A stretch of DNA of 64,000 nucleotides from Cyanobacteria bacterium P01_D01_bin.156. Lineage in GTDB: Bacteria; Cyanobacteriota; Cyanobacteriia; Phormidesmidales; Phormidesmidaceae. Positions 51,216-59,940 of this stretch are shown in pieces. Position 1 is the first letter of the stretch. Each line of letters opens with the position of its first letter. The DNA lies in assembly GCA_039024555.1 (NCBI GenBank), contig JBCCQQ010000002.1, positions 1-64,000 on the forward strand, read 5' to 3'. The notes under the pieces are model-generated. The model saw nothing but the letters and a program-made list of their open reading frames with translations, was not told the origin of the DNA and ran no database searches. A program made the position numbers and the translations under genes.

Positions 51216-52316
51216 ATGGTTAAACGCATCCTTCGCTGGCTGTTGTTCGGCGGTATTCTGTTCTTTCTTGCTAAAACCCTCAAGGACCACTGGCAAGAGG
51301 TGCGAACGCTGCAGATTACCGGGGCGACCTGGGCACTGCTGACCATAGCTCTGGGAATTACCCTCATGGCTCATATTTGGTCTGGCTGGGTGTGGCATTG
51401 GATTTTGCGCACCATTGGTCAATCTCGCAATGGTCAATGGTCTACGGCGGTTTATCTAAAAACCAATATTGCTAAATACTTGCCTGGGAATGTATGGCAC
51501 TTTTATGGTCGGGTGCGGGCTTTGCAAACTACCGGTGCATCGACCGGTGCAGCCATTGTAGGCGTAGTTCTAGAGCCGTTATTGATGGCAGCAGCAGCCC
51601 TATGTCTGGCAGCGATTAGTTTTAGTACCACTGTTGCTAATACCCGTTGGTTGTTGCTGGGCTGTGGTGCTGTTCTGGTGGCCATGTTGGTGGCCATTCA
51701 TCCTCGATTGCTCAACCCCATTCTGAAAAGGCTAGGCACGGCTAAAGCAAAGGCCCAAGGTTTAACGGTTACCAATAGCACCCTTCGACTGCAGACCTAT
51801 CCATTGCGATCGCTCCTGGGAGAGATTGGGTTTGTCGTCCTGCGGGGCCTAGGATTTATGATGACGCTGGTGGCGCTACAGGCCCTAGAACCCAGTCAAT
51901 TTGTGCTGGTGTTAGGAACATTTAGCGTAGCCTGGTTAGCAGGACTCGTAGTACCCGGTGCGCCTGGCGGTGTGGGAGTGTTTGAAGCAGTTGCGATCGC
52001 TCTCCTTGGCAACCAAATTCCCAATGGTCTGTTGATCAGTAGCGTTGCCCTTTACCGTTTAATCAGCACTCTGGCAGAAGCTCTGGGGGCGGGGCTGATT
52101 TGGATAGAAGAACGGATTGCGGGCCTGATGATATCCACAGGCCAAAAAAAGCGCCCGATTTTGTTACCACCACCAAAAGAAAGCATTACAAATTCGGCAT
52201 CTTCTAGCTCAAGCGTCAGCCCTAGTGAACCCACACATCCTTCTTTTGCAAACCAATCTCCTGTACGCGAGGGGGAACCCACAACGCAGTCCTTTGCACC
52301 TCGTAATAAGCAATAA
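51216..52316 (+). CDS. Lysylphosphatidylglycerol-synthase-like flippase-domain membrane protein (UPF0104)
   Basis: KYLPGNVW, PGAPGGVGVFE, LYRL; ATG 51216 assumed. Confidence 0.85.
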   Translation: MVKRILRWLLFGGILFFLAKTLKDHWQEVRTLQITGATWALLTIALGITLMAHIWSGWVWHWILRTIGQSRNGQWSTAVYLKTNIAKYLPGNVWHFYGRVRALQTTGASTGAAIVGVVLEPLLMAAAALCLAAISFSTTVANTRWLLLGCGAVLVAMLVAIHPRLLNPILKRLGTAKAKAQGLTVTNSTLRLQTYPLRSLLGEIGFVVLRGLGFMMTLVALQALEPSQFVLVLGTFSVAWLAGLVVPGAPGGVGVFEAVAIALLGNQIPNGLLISSVALYRLISTLAEALGAGLIWIEERIAGLMISTGQKKRPILLPPPKESITNSASSSSSVSPSEPTHPSFANQSPVREGEPTTQSFAPRNKQ

Positions 52317-52406
52317 AATTGTTGCAACCTCAGAGGGCTCACCGAGTTATGCGTATAAGAAATTCGCAAGCCGCATGCAAACGACTACGTAACATATGGC
52401 TAAAAA

Positions 52407-52733
52407 CTAGATACATTCATCTGCTTGCATCGACCATAGAAGTGTGTTGAGTTGTACAACTTTTTCACTATGGCGCTGACACAAAACATACCGGTAGGCA
52501 TCAGCCAATCGCACTGCCAATTGTTGCTCAACTGTAGTAGCTTCATCACGAGACTGGCATGGCAGTGATAACAATGGTTGCATTGTAGGATTCAAAAGTA
52601 TTGCACTTAACCTTAAAAACAGGTTACTGTCCCAGACCATATAGACTTCAGCCTCCGATATAAGTGTTAAATGGGATTTTGCTAGACAACAAATTACATC
52701 CCGTAACGGATAGAACTTACACTGGGCAGCCAT
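52407..52733 (-). CDS. Hypothetical protein, helical paralogue A (108 aa)
   Basis: About 50% identical to 52920-53222 by manual alignment, which also fixes the start at ATG 52733. Confidence 0.8.
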   Translation of the reverse strand: MAAQCKFYPLRDVICCLAKSHLTLISEAEVYMVWDSNLFLRLSAILLNPTMQPLLSLPCQSRDEATTVEQQLAVRLADAYRYVLCQRHSEKVVQLNTLLWSMQADECI

Positions 52734-52919
52734 GGAGAATTTTTCTGAATTTGAAAACAGGTAGATGCTGAATGGAACGACACCAACAACACCTCTTTCC
52801 AGAGTGCCCACAGTCCAGAAACATGACGCTATGTAAGGACACTGACTACATATCCAAGCCATGTCCCCTAAAGGTCATTTCACCATTTGTAAGCCATAGC
52901 TTTTGATCTTTTTTGAAAC

Positions 52920-53222
52920 TTACAACAGCTCGTTCAATTGCTGTACTTTTTCATTTTCACGCTGCTTGAGGATGTGTCGGTAGGTCTGGACTAATGATTT
53001 AGCCATTTCTACTTCGACAGTAGAAGCCTCTGCACGAGAGCGATACCCGGAGGTTAGTGACGGTTGAAGAGTCGGTTGTAAGTAGGTGGCAGACAATTCA
53101 GTAAACAGTGCTTCATCCCAAGCAATACCTGACTCACAAGCCTCAGGAGTAATCGTTAAGTTGGTCTTTGCGATACAACGAATAACGCTACGCAATGGGT
53201 AATGCAGATACTGAGAATCCAT
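52920..53222 (-). CDS. Hypothetical protein, helical paralogue B (100 aa)
   Basis: YPLR.VI.C.AK..LT, WD..LF..LSA..L.PT.QP, QR..EKV.QLN.LL shared with paralogue A. Confidence 0.8.
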   Translation of the reverse strand: MDSQYLHYPLRSVIRCIAKTNLTITPEACESGIAWDEALFTELSATYLQPTLQPSLTSGYRSRAEASTVEVEMAKSLVQTYRHILKQRENEKVQQLNELL

Positions 53223-53574
53223 AACTAACCAAGCTTCTTTAGAAAAAGGGCACAGTGAATGTAGTGAAGTATACGCCCGTTTTATTCCTTTTATCACTTC
53301 TTTTGTTAAGGTTCCCAGAACTCGCCAGCAAACACCTACGTGGTGATATATCTATCTGCTGTTCACTGATTTCAGATTATGTCATTGATCAACTCGATTA
53401 AAACAGAGAGACTCCAGGAGAGTGCTTTTAATAGCCTTAATTTTGCCTTGGGTAGCATCAGGATATCTTGGCTCCATTGATTCAAAAAGTCTGACCATTT
53501 CAAGGAGTTCATATTAGTCACCATTAGCCCTGTTTCAACCTTAGTAGGGGAGGTAATCAATCTATGAAAATAGT

Positions 53575-53693
53575 CATCAAAAAATAAGCTGGACTCCTTG
53601 AGTATCAATTCATCACAGCTTATTTTTGATGTTGGTAGCTTTTCTAGCTGAGTAACTCTCACAGAAAATCAGACTTGCTCAGCTAGAAGAAGC
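53575..53693 (-). other. Two tandem long stem-loops 3' of the 188-aa gene
   Basis: TTCTAGCTGAG(53642)/CTCAGCTAGAA(53678) and CATCAAAAAATAAGCTG(53575)/CAGCTTATTTTTGATG(53616). Confidence 0.75.
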
Positions 53694-53702
53694 GCGTGTT
53701 AC

Positions 53703-54269
53703 CTAGGCATCGTAGACCTGCATCACAATACCTGCAACATAACCTGCACCAAGCAGAGCAGGTGCACAGGGATGATCAGACATTTCCACATTGGCAACAG
53801 CAGCAATCGCATAGAAACCAGGGGTCATACCAGCTACCTGGGCAGTACCAGCCCATGCGATCTCATACTCGAATTTATCCTTCTCAGTAGTAATGGAACT
53901 AGTAACATCAACTTCAGTTGCGTTACCACCACAACCTTCGATGCAGAAGTTAACTTTCACATCGATACCAAGGCAAAGCAGCAAGCGAGTTAAAGGAGTG
54001 TTGTTGAAACGAACTTTAGTCTTAAGCTTGAAGACTTCTTCCTTCTCAACAATCTGAGCCTTGTTAGCAGGAGCCACTTGGTAAGGTAGAGCAGGTTCTG
54101 CTACGGAAGCAGACACCTGTAGATGATATAGATCAAACTCTACAGGACCTAGGATATTGTGAGAGTATGTTTCCTCAGCACTAATGAGCTTTGTAATATT
54201 CTCACCTACAGTTGTAGGAGCATCAGGAGAGTTGCCGTAGGGTGCGCCACTGGGAACAGGAATAGACAT
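53703..54269 (-). CDS. Hypothetical 188-aa protein, predicted beta-rich, with highly-expressed-type codon usage
   Basis: AGAGGG Shine-Dalgarno; codons dominated by GCT/GTT/ACT/CCT/AAC/TTC; alternating hydrophobic strands. Confidence 0.85.
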   Translation of the reverse strand: MSIPVPSGAPYGNSPDAPTTVGENITKLISAEETYSHNILGPVEFDLYHLQVSASVAEPALPYQVAPANKAQIVEKEEVFKLKTKVRFNNTPLTRLLLCLGIDVKVNFCIEGCGGNATEVDVTSSITTEKDKFEYEIAWAGTAQVAGMTPGFYAIAAVANVEMSDHPCAPALLGAGYVAGIVMQVYDA

Positions 54270-54303
54270 AACGTTTCCCTCTTAAGTTGTTGAAGTTGGG
54301 TAA

Positions 54304-54374
54304 TAGCAGCATGGGTGAAAATCTCAAGAAAGGAGGCTTGTGCTACCTTTGAAATTTCCTTCACTTGCTTGCTA
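54304..54374 (-). other. Long imperfect 5'-UTR hairpin of the 188-aa gene
   Basis: Nested pairings TAGCA/TGCTA, GTGAA/TTCAC, AATTTCAA/TTGAGATT, AAGG/CCTT. Confidence 0.6.
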
Positions 54375-54410
54375 CAAATCCATAATGGCTAACTCATCTT
54401 GATTTGAGAA

Positions 54411-54425
54411 TTCCCCTAAGGGGAT
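54411..54425. promoter_or_regulatory. Palindromic box, candidate LuxR-family binding site
   Basis: TTCCCCTAAGGGGAT; related boxes at 52863, 54661 and 56587. Confidence 0.5.
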
Positions 54426-54857
54426 ACCTTAATAGTTATTCCAAGCATCACAATTAAACCAATTCTAGAGTCAGTGAATATCTTTGAATCTGCCCAATCA
54501 AAGCAGAATTTAATACTATTAGCAAGACAGCTTTAATTATCTACTATTAACAGGATTGGCACATATAGAAAAACAAAAAATCCCAGAAAATCGTTCTAAA
54601 TTCTTGTCATATCCACATTTAAGCTTAATTACAACCAATCACTAATGCGAATTTACTAGGTACCTCTACAGGGTAGTTTTAGTGCAAAAATTGACCCGAT
54701 TTTCTGGAAAACTTGGTTTACATTCTGTAAAAGAAACTGGCATTGCTAAAACTCAAAATCATCAGCTTAGCTACATGCCTTGATGGCATAGCGTGTTTTA
54801 CCGCTCGTCCCATGGGCCACATCAGCCACCCTCTTGCACATCCAACATTAGTGAACA

Positions 54858-55364
54858 ATGAGTGACGCTACCATACACAGTCTGCCAATCATTTGTACAG
54901 CGCATGGACTCAGTGTTGTAACGGCTAACTCAGATCAGACGTCAGGCCATGGGATCTTGCCGCATGACGCTCCCTTCACAGCCCAAGTCGCCTTATCTTT
55001 CGACGCCAGTAACGCTGTTGCCCTATTAGCGTTGAACCCGACTATTCAAATTGATTTCTATATCAAGCCCCTGCAGGCAGGCAGCACGATTGATGTCGGC
55101 AACATTGCCCTGGTAACCAACAGCCAAGAGCGCCTCTATACTCTGCAGCTAGACATAGCCTCACCAGCAGAGTTGAATTTGGATAAAAGCAAGGTATACC
55201 GTTTAGGAGCTTTGGTTCGCATTGGAGCACCAGAAAACCCAGCTCTTCTGTGTGGTGTAGTAGAAGAGCTGATGATCCAACTGTATACATCTGAGAAATT
55301 ATCTCAAGCTTCTAAAAAGGCTCAAAAAAACACATCTAAAAAGCACTTTAAAACTAAAAAATAA
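54858..55364 (+). CDS. Hypothetical 168-aa protein, distant paralogue of 53703-54269, with a Lys-rich tail
   Basis: ALLALNPTIQIDFYI versus RLLLCLGIDVKVNFCI; PALLCGVVEELMIQLY versus PALLGAGYVAGIVMQVY. Confidence 0.8.
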   Translation: MSDATIHSLPIICTAHGLSVVTANSDQTSGHGILPHDAPFTAQVALSFDASNAVALLALNPTIQIDFYIKPLQAGSTIDVGNIALVTNSQERLYTLQLDIASPAELNLDKSKVYRLGALVRIGAPENPALLCGVVEELMIQLYTSEKLSQASKKAQKNTSKKHFKTKK

Positions 55365-55629
55365 CCGCTTTTTTGGCAAAAAGCAGTTTTTCCATCACTT
55401 AGCGTGAAGGTTTATCTATATGATAAACTCTGACATTTCAAGTTCAATTTCGAAGAGAAATCACAATAGATTATCCCTAGAAATTCATCTTTTTTATCAA
55501 TAGTATTGAATTAAAATTATCATTTTATTTCAGCAATTAGGGATCTCCAAACTTATCTAGAAGATCCCAAATACAGATTACAAAATTATGAACTAGATAA
55601 CATTCATGGCCCTATATCTAAGAAAAAGA

Positions 55630-56286
55630 TCAAGAGGTATACCTATTAGAGAAATTTGCAGTGCCTAGAGTAGAGTCTTTCTGCTTAGAGTGGATATTTT
55701 TCATATGTTTTTTAACAGTATGGGGAGTAATCCCCAGTTCCACTGCTATTTGCTTATAGGTCAAATCATTACGATGTAACATCCAGACTTCTTTTTCTCG
55801 CGAAGTTAGTCCGTATTGTTGTGCTTCTTCCATCGCAATATGGACAATAGCCTGCTGACGATCTTCAAGCACTAACAACAGACAAGGAGATTCCATCAAA
55901 TTTGTTTTTAACCATCGAGCACGAATATGTAAAATTACACTATCTTGGGTAACGATATCTAATTCGACCAACCAGTTTTGGTGAGGGAACTGGGCCCGAC
56001 TATGGATTAATGATTGACAAATATGTAGGATCTCCTCAGGAATAATTACAATCTCATCTGCAGGCTCTTGATGAAAATGGTCGAGGATATTACAGGCACT
56101 TCGATTAGAGTAAATCAGGTCTCCTTGTTCAGTAAATACGAGGATTCCATCGAGGAATTCTTGATGAAGCTCGGCTAAGAATTGAGTCTCAAGATGTTTC
56201 CTAGACTCTCCTTGATCAGCAATATTGGCTATTGCAGGAATTGCATAAAGATTTTCTAAGTTGGGTTTGATAGCAGGTAATGTCAT
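55630..56286 (-). CDS. LuxR-family HTH regulator with a PAS-like N-terminal region
   Basis: DGILVF...G.LIYSN; GLTSREKEVW...TYKQIAVELGITPHTVKKHMKNIHSK. Confidence 0.9.
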   Translation of the reverse strand: MTLPAIKPNLENLYAIPAIANIADQGESRKHLETQFLAELHQEFLDGILVFTEQGDLIYSNRSACNILDHFHQEPADEIVIIPEEILHICQSLIHSRAQFPHQNWLVELDIVTQDSVILHIRARWLKTNLMESPCLLLVLEDRQQAIVHIAMEEAQQYGLTSREKEVWMLHRNDLTYKQIAVELGITPHTVKKHMKNIHSKQKDSTLGTANFSNRYTS

Positions 56287-56768
56287 ATATCTAGAGGGAA
56301 CTGATGGCTAATGATTTCTGCTGGAAAGGTCAGACATGGCCGTCGGAGAGTTAAAAACACCGAAATACAGCTAACAATTAAGCTCAACTATTTGATTTCA
56401 GCATATAGGCTAAGAGAGAATATATTTCTCTCTTAGAACTCTCTACTACATTGTCTATGCACCCGCCTATTCAAAGGCTTTAATACACCAAACTCCTGCG
56501 ATCGCAATCTCTCAACATAGAGACTGATTTATCTCTCTGTTAGGTACTTTCACTACAATAGTGCCATCACAATATCTTTTTGCTATCACCCCTCAGGGTA
56601 CTCTTAACGCTCTCTACGCTAGTAATGTCTTTGAAGAGTAGATACAGTGCTGGGAAAAAGGAGCACACAAGTAGACATTTACCGTTTATGTAACCTTCAG
56701 TGAGAAAAAGCACCCTAAGCCCTAAATACTACTGAATACACTACAGGAATAGTCATATCTTTAAAGTC

Positions 56769-56812
56769 AAACGAAAAAACGCCTCGACTACAGTCGAGGC
56801 GTTTTTTCGTTT
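56769..56812. terminator. Bidirectional terminator downstream of rpmA
   Basis: AAACGAAAAAACGCCTCGACT/AGTCGAGGCGTTTTTTCGTTT. Confidence 0.88.
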
Positions 56813-56889
56813 AGATGTGGGAATTGTTTGAAATGATTATCTGCCGTTTACTCAGAGTTAAGGCTGCAGATAAACTGACATCCGCTCAA

Positions 56890-57150
56890 CTAAGCCGTTG
56901 CCGGGTAAACACTCACTTTTTTACGGCTCTTACCTTTACGCTCAAAGGTAACTACACCATCAACGAGGGCAAACAGGGTGTCATCACCGCCACGGCCAAC
57001 ATTTTCACCGGGGTGAACCTTGGTACCACGCTGACGAATAATGATATTGCCAGCCCTTACAACTTCACCACCATACTTTTTGACGCCCAGACGCTTTGAA
57101 TTTGAGTCGCGACCATTGCGCGTACTACCCGTACCTTTCTTATGAGCCAT
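56890..57150 (-). CDS. rpmA: 50S ribosomal protein L27
   Basis: [24 protein letters not shown]. Confidence 0.98.
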   Translation of the reverse strand: MAHKKGTGSTRNGRDSNSKRLGVKKYGGEVVRAGNIIIRQRGTKVHPGENVGRGGDDTLFALVDGVVTFERKGKSRKKVSVYPATA

Positions 57151-57208
57151 GATTTACCTCTCCAAGATTTCTCAATTATAAAATGTGGCGTCTGCAACTA
57201 GCCAGATG

Positions 57209-57583
57209 CTACTCTTCTTCACCAGTTGCATCGCTAGCCGTAGCTTCACCCGCAGTAATGGTTTTGCCGCCAATATTAATTGAATCGATCATTAAACGAG
57301 TCAGCTCTTGACGATGACCCCGCTTTTTACGGGTCTTTTTCTTGGGCTTCATCTTATAGACGATAACTTTCTTGCCACGTAAGTGACTGACCACAGTCCC
57401 ACTGACGCTAGCCCCATCGACTAGAGGCTGACCAATACTCGTCTCGTCACCGTCATTCACTAAAAGGACCTTATCAATCGTCACGCTAGCGTCTTCATCA
57501 ACTGCTAGACGATTGATGTCATAAAAGCGGCCAGGCTCAACACGGAGCTGAGTCCCACTCGCTTCAATAATTGCGTATGCCAT
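57209..57583 (-). CDS. rplU: 50S ribosomal protein L21
   Basis: [26 protein letters not shown]. Confidence 0.98.
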   Translation of the reverse strand: MAYAIIEASGTQLRVEPGRFYDINRLAVDEDASVTIDKVLLVNDGDETSIGQPLVDGASVSGTVVSHLRGKKVIVYKMKPKKKTRKKRGHRQELTRLMIDSINIGGKTITAGEATASDATGEEE

Positions 57584-57870
57584 TGAATCTCCCTTGCCGT
57601 ACAGGTAGCAAATTTGCTTCAGACCTGATCCGAGCAGTTTTTTGCACAGAGTCTAATAATCGTCAATTTATGTCGGTACTGTCAAGGGACATTCGACATA
57701 TGTAGGCTTTATAAATTCGTCCTGATTTAATCCGTCTACGTCCGCTTTAAGTAGTTAAATCGAGCTTTGCTGATCCTCGATGTGTCTGTATCGGTTATGT
57801 CTAGACAACTCGTCGGTTATTCAGCAACGGCTCAAATTGTGTTCTCCACAAATAGGAAAATTTCGGGCGT

Positions 57871-58890
57871 ATGTCAGATTTGCTGATGTTGATGGCACAA
57901 CTTACCGCGCCGGAGCCATTAAAAGGCCCTCAGCCAGACATCGATATTTCCTCCATGGCACAAGCAGCTGTAGATAGCGCTAGCCAAATTGGCGGGAATA
58001 TATCGATATCGGCGGTACAAGCAGACACACGCTTGACGCCTAGGTTTTCTAATCAACTGGAAAATCCGATTGAAACACGTCGACAAAAGCTCTTACAGCT
58101 GCAGCAAACGCTTCCCCCGCGCTCTACGGCCTACACAACTCACTCTCAAGCTGTCGACGTTGCCCGTTGGCAAGTCTCGATTAATCTGGGCCCAAAACCT
58201 GCTAGTGGCCCACAGCTCTTTGAACAACGCTGGGCAGCCCTAAAGTCGGGTTCTCTATACACTCGAATTGCGCCCGATAGCTTCCACAGTCAATGGACCA
58301 ATGCCACCTATCAGCCTACCTATGAGGAATGGCGGGGTTTATTGAAACAGGAAGCTGATGCGATCGCAACCGGTCAGGGTAATAATCGTCTAACGGTCGT
58401 CATCGGGGACTCTCTAAGTATGTGGCTACCCCCTGAACTTTTACCCCGCGATCGCTTTTGGTTAAATCAAGGCATTTCTGGCGACACCACCACGGGTATT
58501 TTGCAGCGCCTGTCAACCTTTGCAAATACCAATCCTGACACTATCCACCTCATGGCCGGTGTAAACGACCTTAAAAACGGTGCTAGCAATCAAGAAATTC
58601 TGACAAATCTGCATCAGATCATGGCCCGCCTGCGGCAGCAACACCCCAACGCCCGAATTATCGTCCACTCCATCCTGCCCACCCGTTGGAAAAACATTCC
58701 GGCCCAGCGAGTGCGTGCTCTAAATGTTGGCATTGCCCAGCTCACCACTTACCACCAGCTTGACTACTTAGACCTGCACCCTAGCTTTAGCAACGAGCGA
58801 GGAAATCTTCGTCAAGAACTCACTACAGATGGCCTGCATCTAAATCGCCTGGGTTACCAAGTGTGGCAGCTAGCCATCTTAAATGTATAA
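57871..58890 (+). CDS. SGNH/GDSL hydrolase
   Basis: GDSLS, NQGISGD, GVND, DGLH. Confidence 0.92.
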   Translation: MSDLLMLMAQLTAPEPLKGPQPDIDISSMAQAAVDSASQIGGNISISAVQADTRLTPRFSNQLENPIETRRQKLLQLQQTLPPRSTAYTTHSQAVDVARWQVSINLGPKPASGPQLFEQRWAALKSGSLYTRIAPDSFHSQWTNATYQPTYEEWRGLLKQEADAIATGQGNNRLTVVIGDSLSMWLPPELLPRDRFWLNQGISGDTTTGILQRLSTFANTNPDTIHLMAGVNDLKNGASNQEILTNLHQIMARLRQQHPNARIIVHSILPTRWKNIPAQRVRALNVGIAQLTTYHQLDYLDLHPSFSNERGNLRQELTTDGLHLNRLGYQVWQLAILNV

Positions 58891-58986
58891 ACCTGTTCCA
58901 CAGAGCAAAAAAAGGCGCTTTTCAACCGACCAATCTCCCTCGTAGAATGAAGGGCCAAGGCAACATTCACTAGCAAAAAGCGCCCC

Positions 58987-59799
58987 ATGAAATCCTATCT
59001 GGCTGCAGCTCTGCAAATGACCAGCGTTCCTGATCTGGCAAAAAACCTAACCCAGGCAGAGGAGCTAATTGATCTTGCCGTTCGTCGTGGAGCCGAGTAC
59101 ATCACCCTACCTGAAAACTTCTCATTCCTAGGAGATGAAGCCGGCAAACTCGCCCAAGCTGCTGATATTTGTAGCGCTAGTGAAAAGTTTCTCAAAACTA
59201 TGGCCCAGCGCTATCAAGTCACCATTTTAGGGGGTGGTTATCCAGTGCCCACTAAGGACGGCAGAATCTATAACACCGCACTATTAGTAGATACCCATGG
59301 AGATGTACTATTGCGCTACGAAAAAGTACATCTCTTTGACGTAAATCTCCCCGATGGCAATACTTACCAGGAATCTGCCACGGTTACATCAGGTAAGGAG
59401 CTACCTGCCATTTACTCCACCCCTAATCTTGGCAAACTTGGCATTTCCGTTTGTTATGACGTACGTTTCCCGGAACTCTATCGTCATTTATCGCAATTGG
59501 GTGCGGAAGTAATCACCGTCCCTGCAGCCTTTACTGCTTACACCGGTAAAGATCACTGGCAGGTACTGCTGCAGGCTCGAGCGATTGAAAACACCTGTTA
59601 TGTGATCGCCCCCGCCCAAACTGGGTTTCACAATCATATTCGTCAGTCCCATGGTCATGCCATGATCGTAGACCCCTGGGGAATTGTACTGGCAGATGCA
59701 GGCCAAGACGTAGGCATGGCCATCGCTGAAGTGACGCCATCTCGATTGGGACAGGTACGGCAGCAGATGCCATCCTTAGAGCATCGCGTGTTTGCTTAG
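58987..59799 (+). CDS. Carbon-nitrogen hydrolase (Nit1-like amidase)
   Basis: LPENF, YEKVHLFD, VCYDVRFPE, ARAIEN. Confidence 0.95.
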   Translation: MKSYLAAALQMTSVPDLAKNLTQAEELIDLAVRRGAEYITLPENFSFLGDEAGKLAQAADICSASEKFLKTMAQRYQVTILGGGYPVPTKDGRIYNTALLVDTHGDVLLRYEKVHLFDVNLPDGNTYQESATVTSGKELPAIYSTPNLGKLGISVCYDVRFPELYRHLSQLGAEVITVPAAFTAYTGKDHWQVLLQARAIENTCYVIAPAQTGFHNHIRQSHGHAMIVDPWGIVLADAGQDVGMAIAEVTPSRLGQVRQQMPSLEHRVFA

Positions 59800-59940
59800 G
59801 ACCGCAGCACAGCGAAAAGGTTAGCCTGAGAAAAATATAATTTTTTCCTTAAAGAAAGCAATAAACACTGACTGTATGAGCTAAAAGCAGCGAGCTAACT
59901 CATGTAGAGTAAACAGAATGAGTAAGTTTCTACGGTTCGC

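Noticed and set aside
53372..53662. 96-aa ORF between the island genes
   Set aside because: Its 5' half runs through two long inverted repeats. A shorter 50-aa version from ATG 53523 cannot be excluded but has no support
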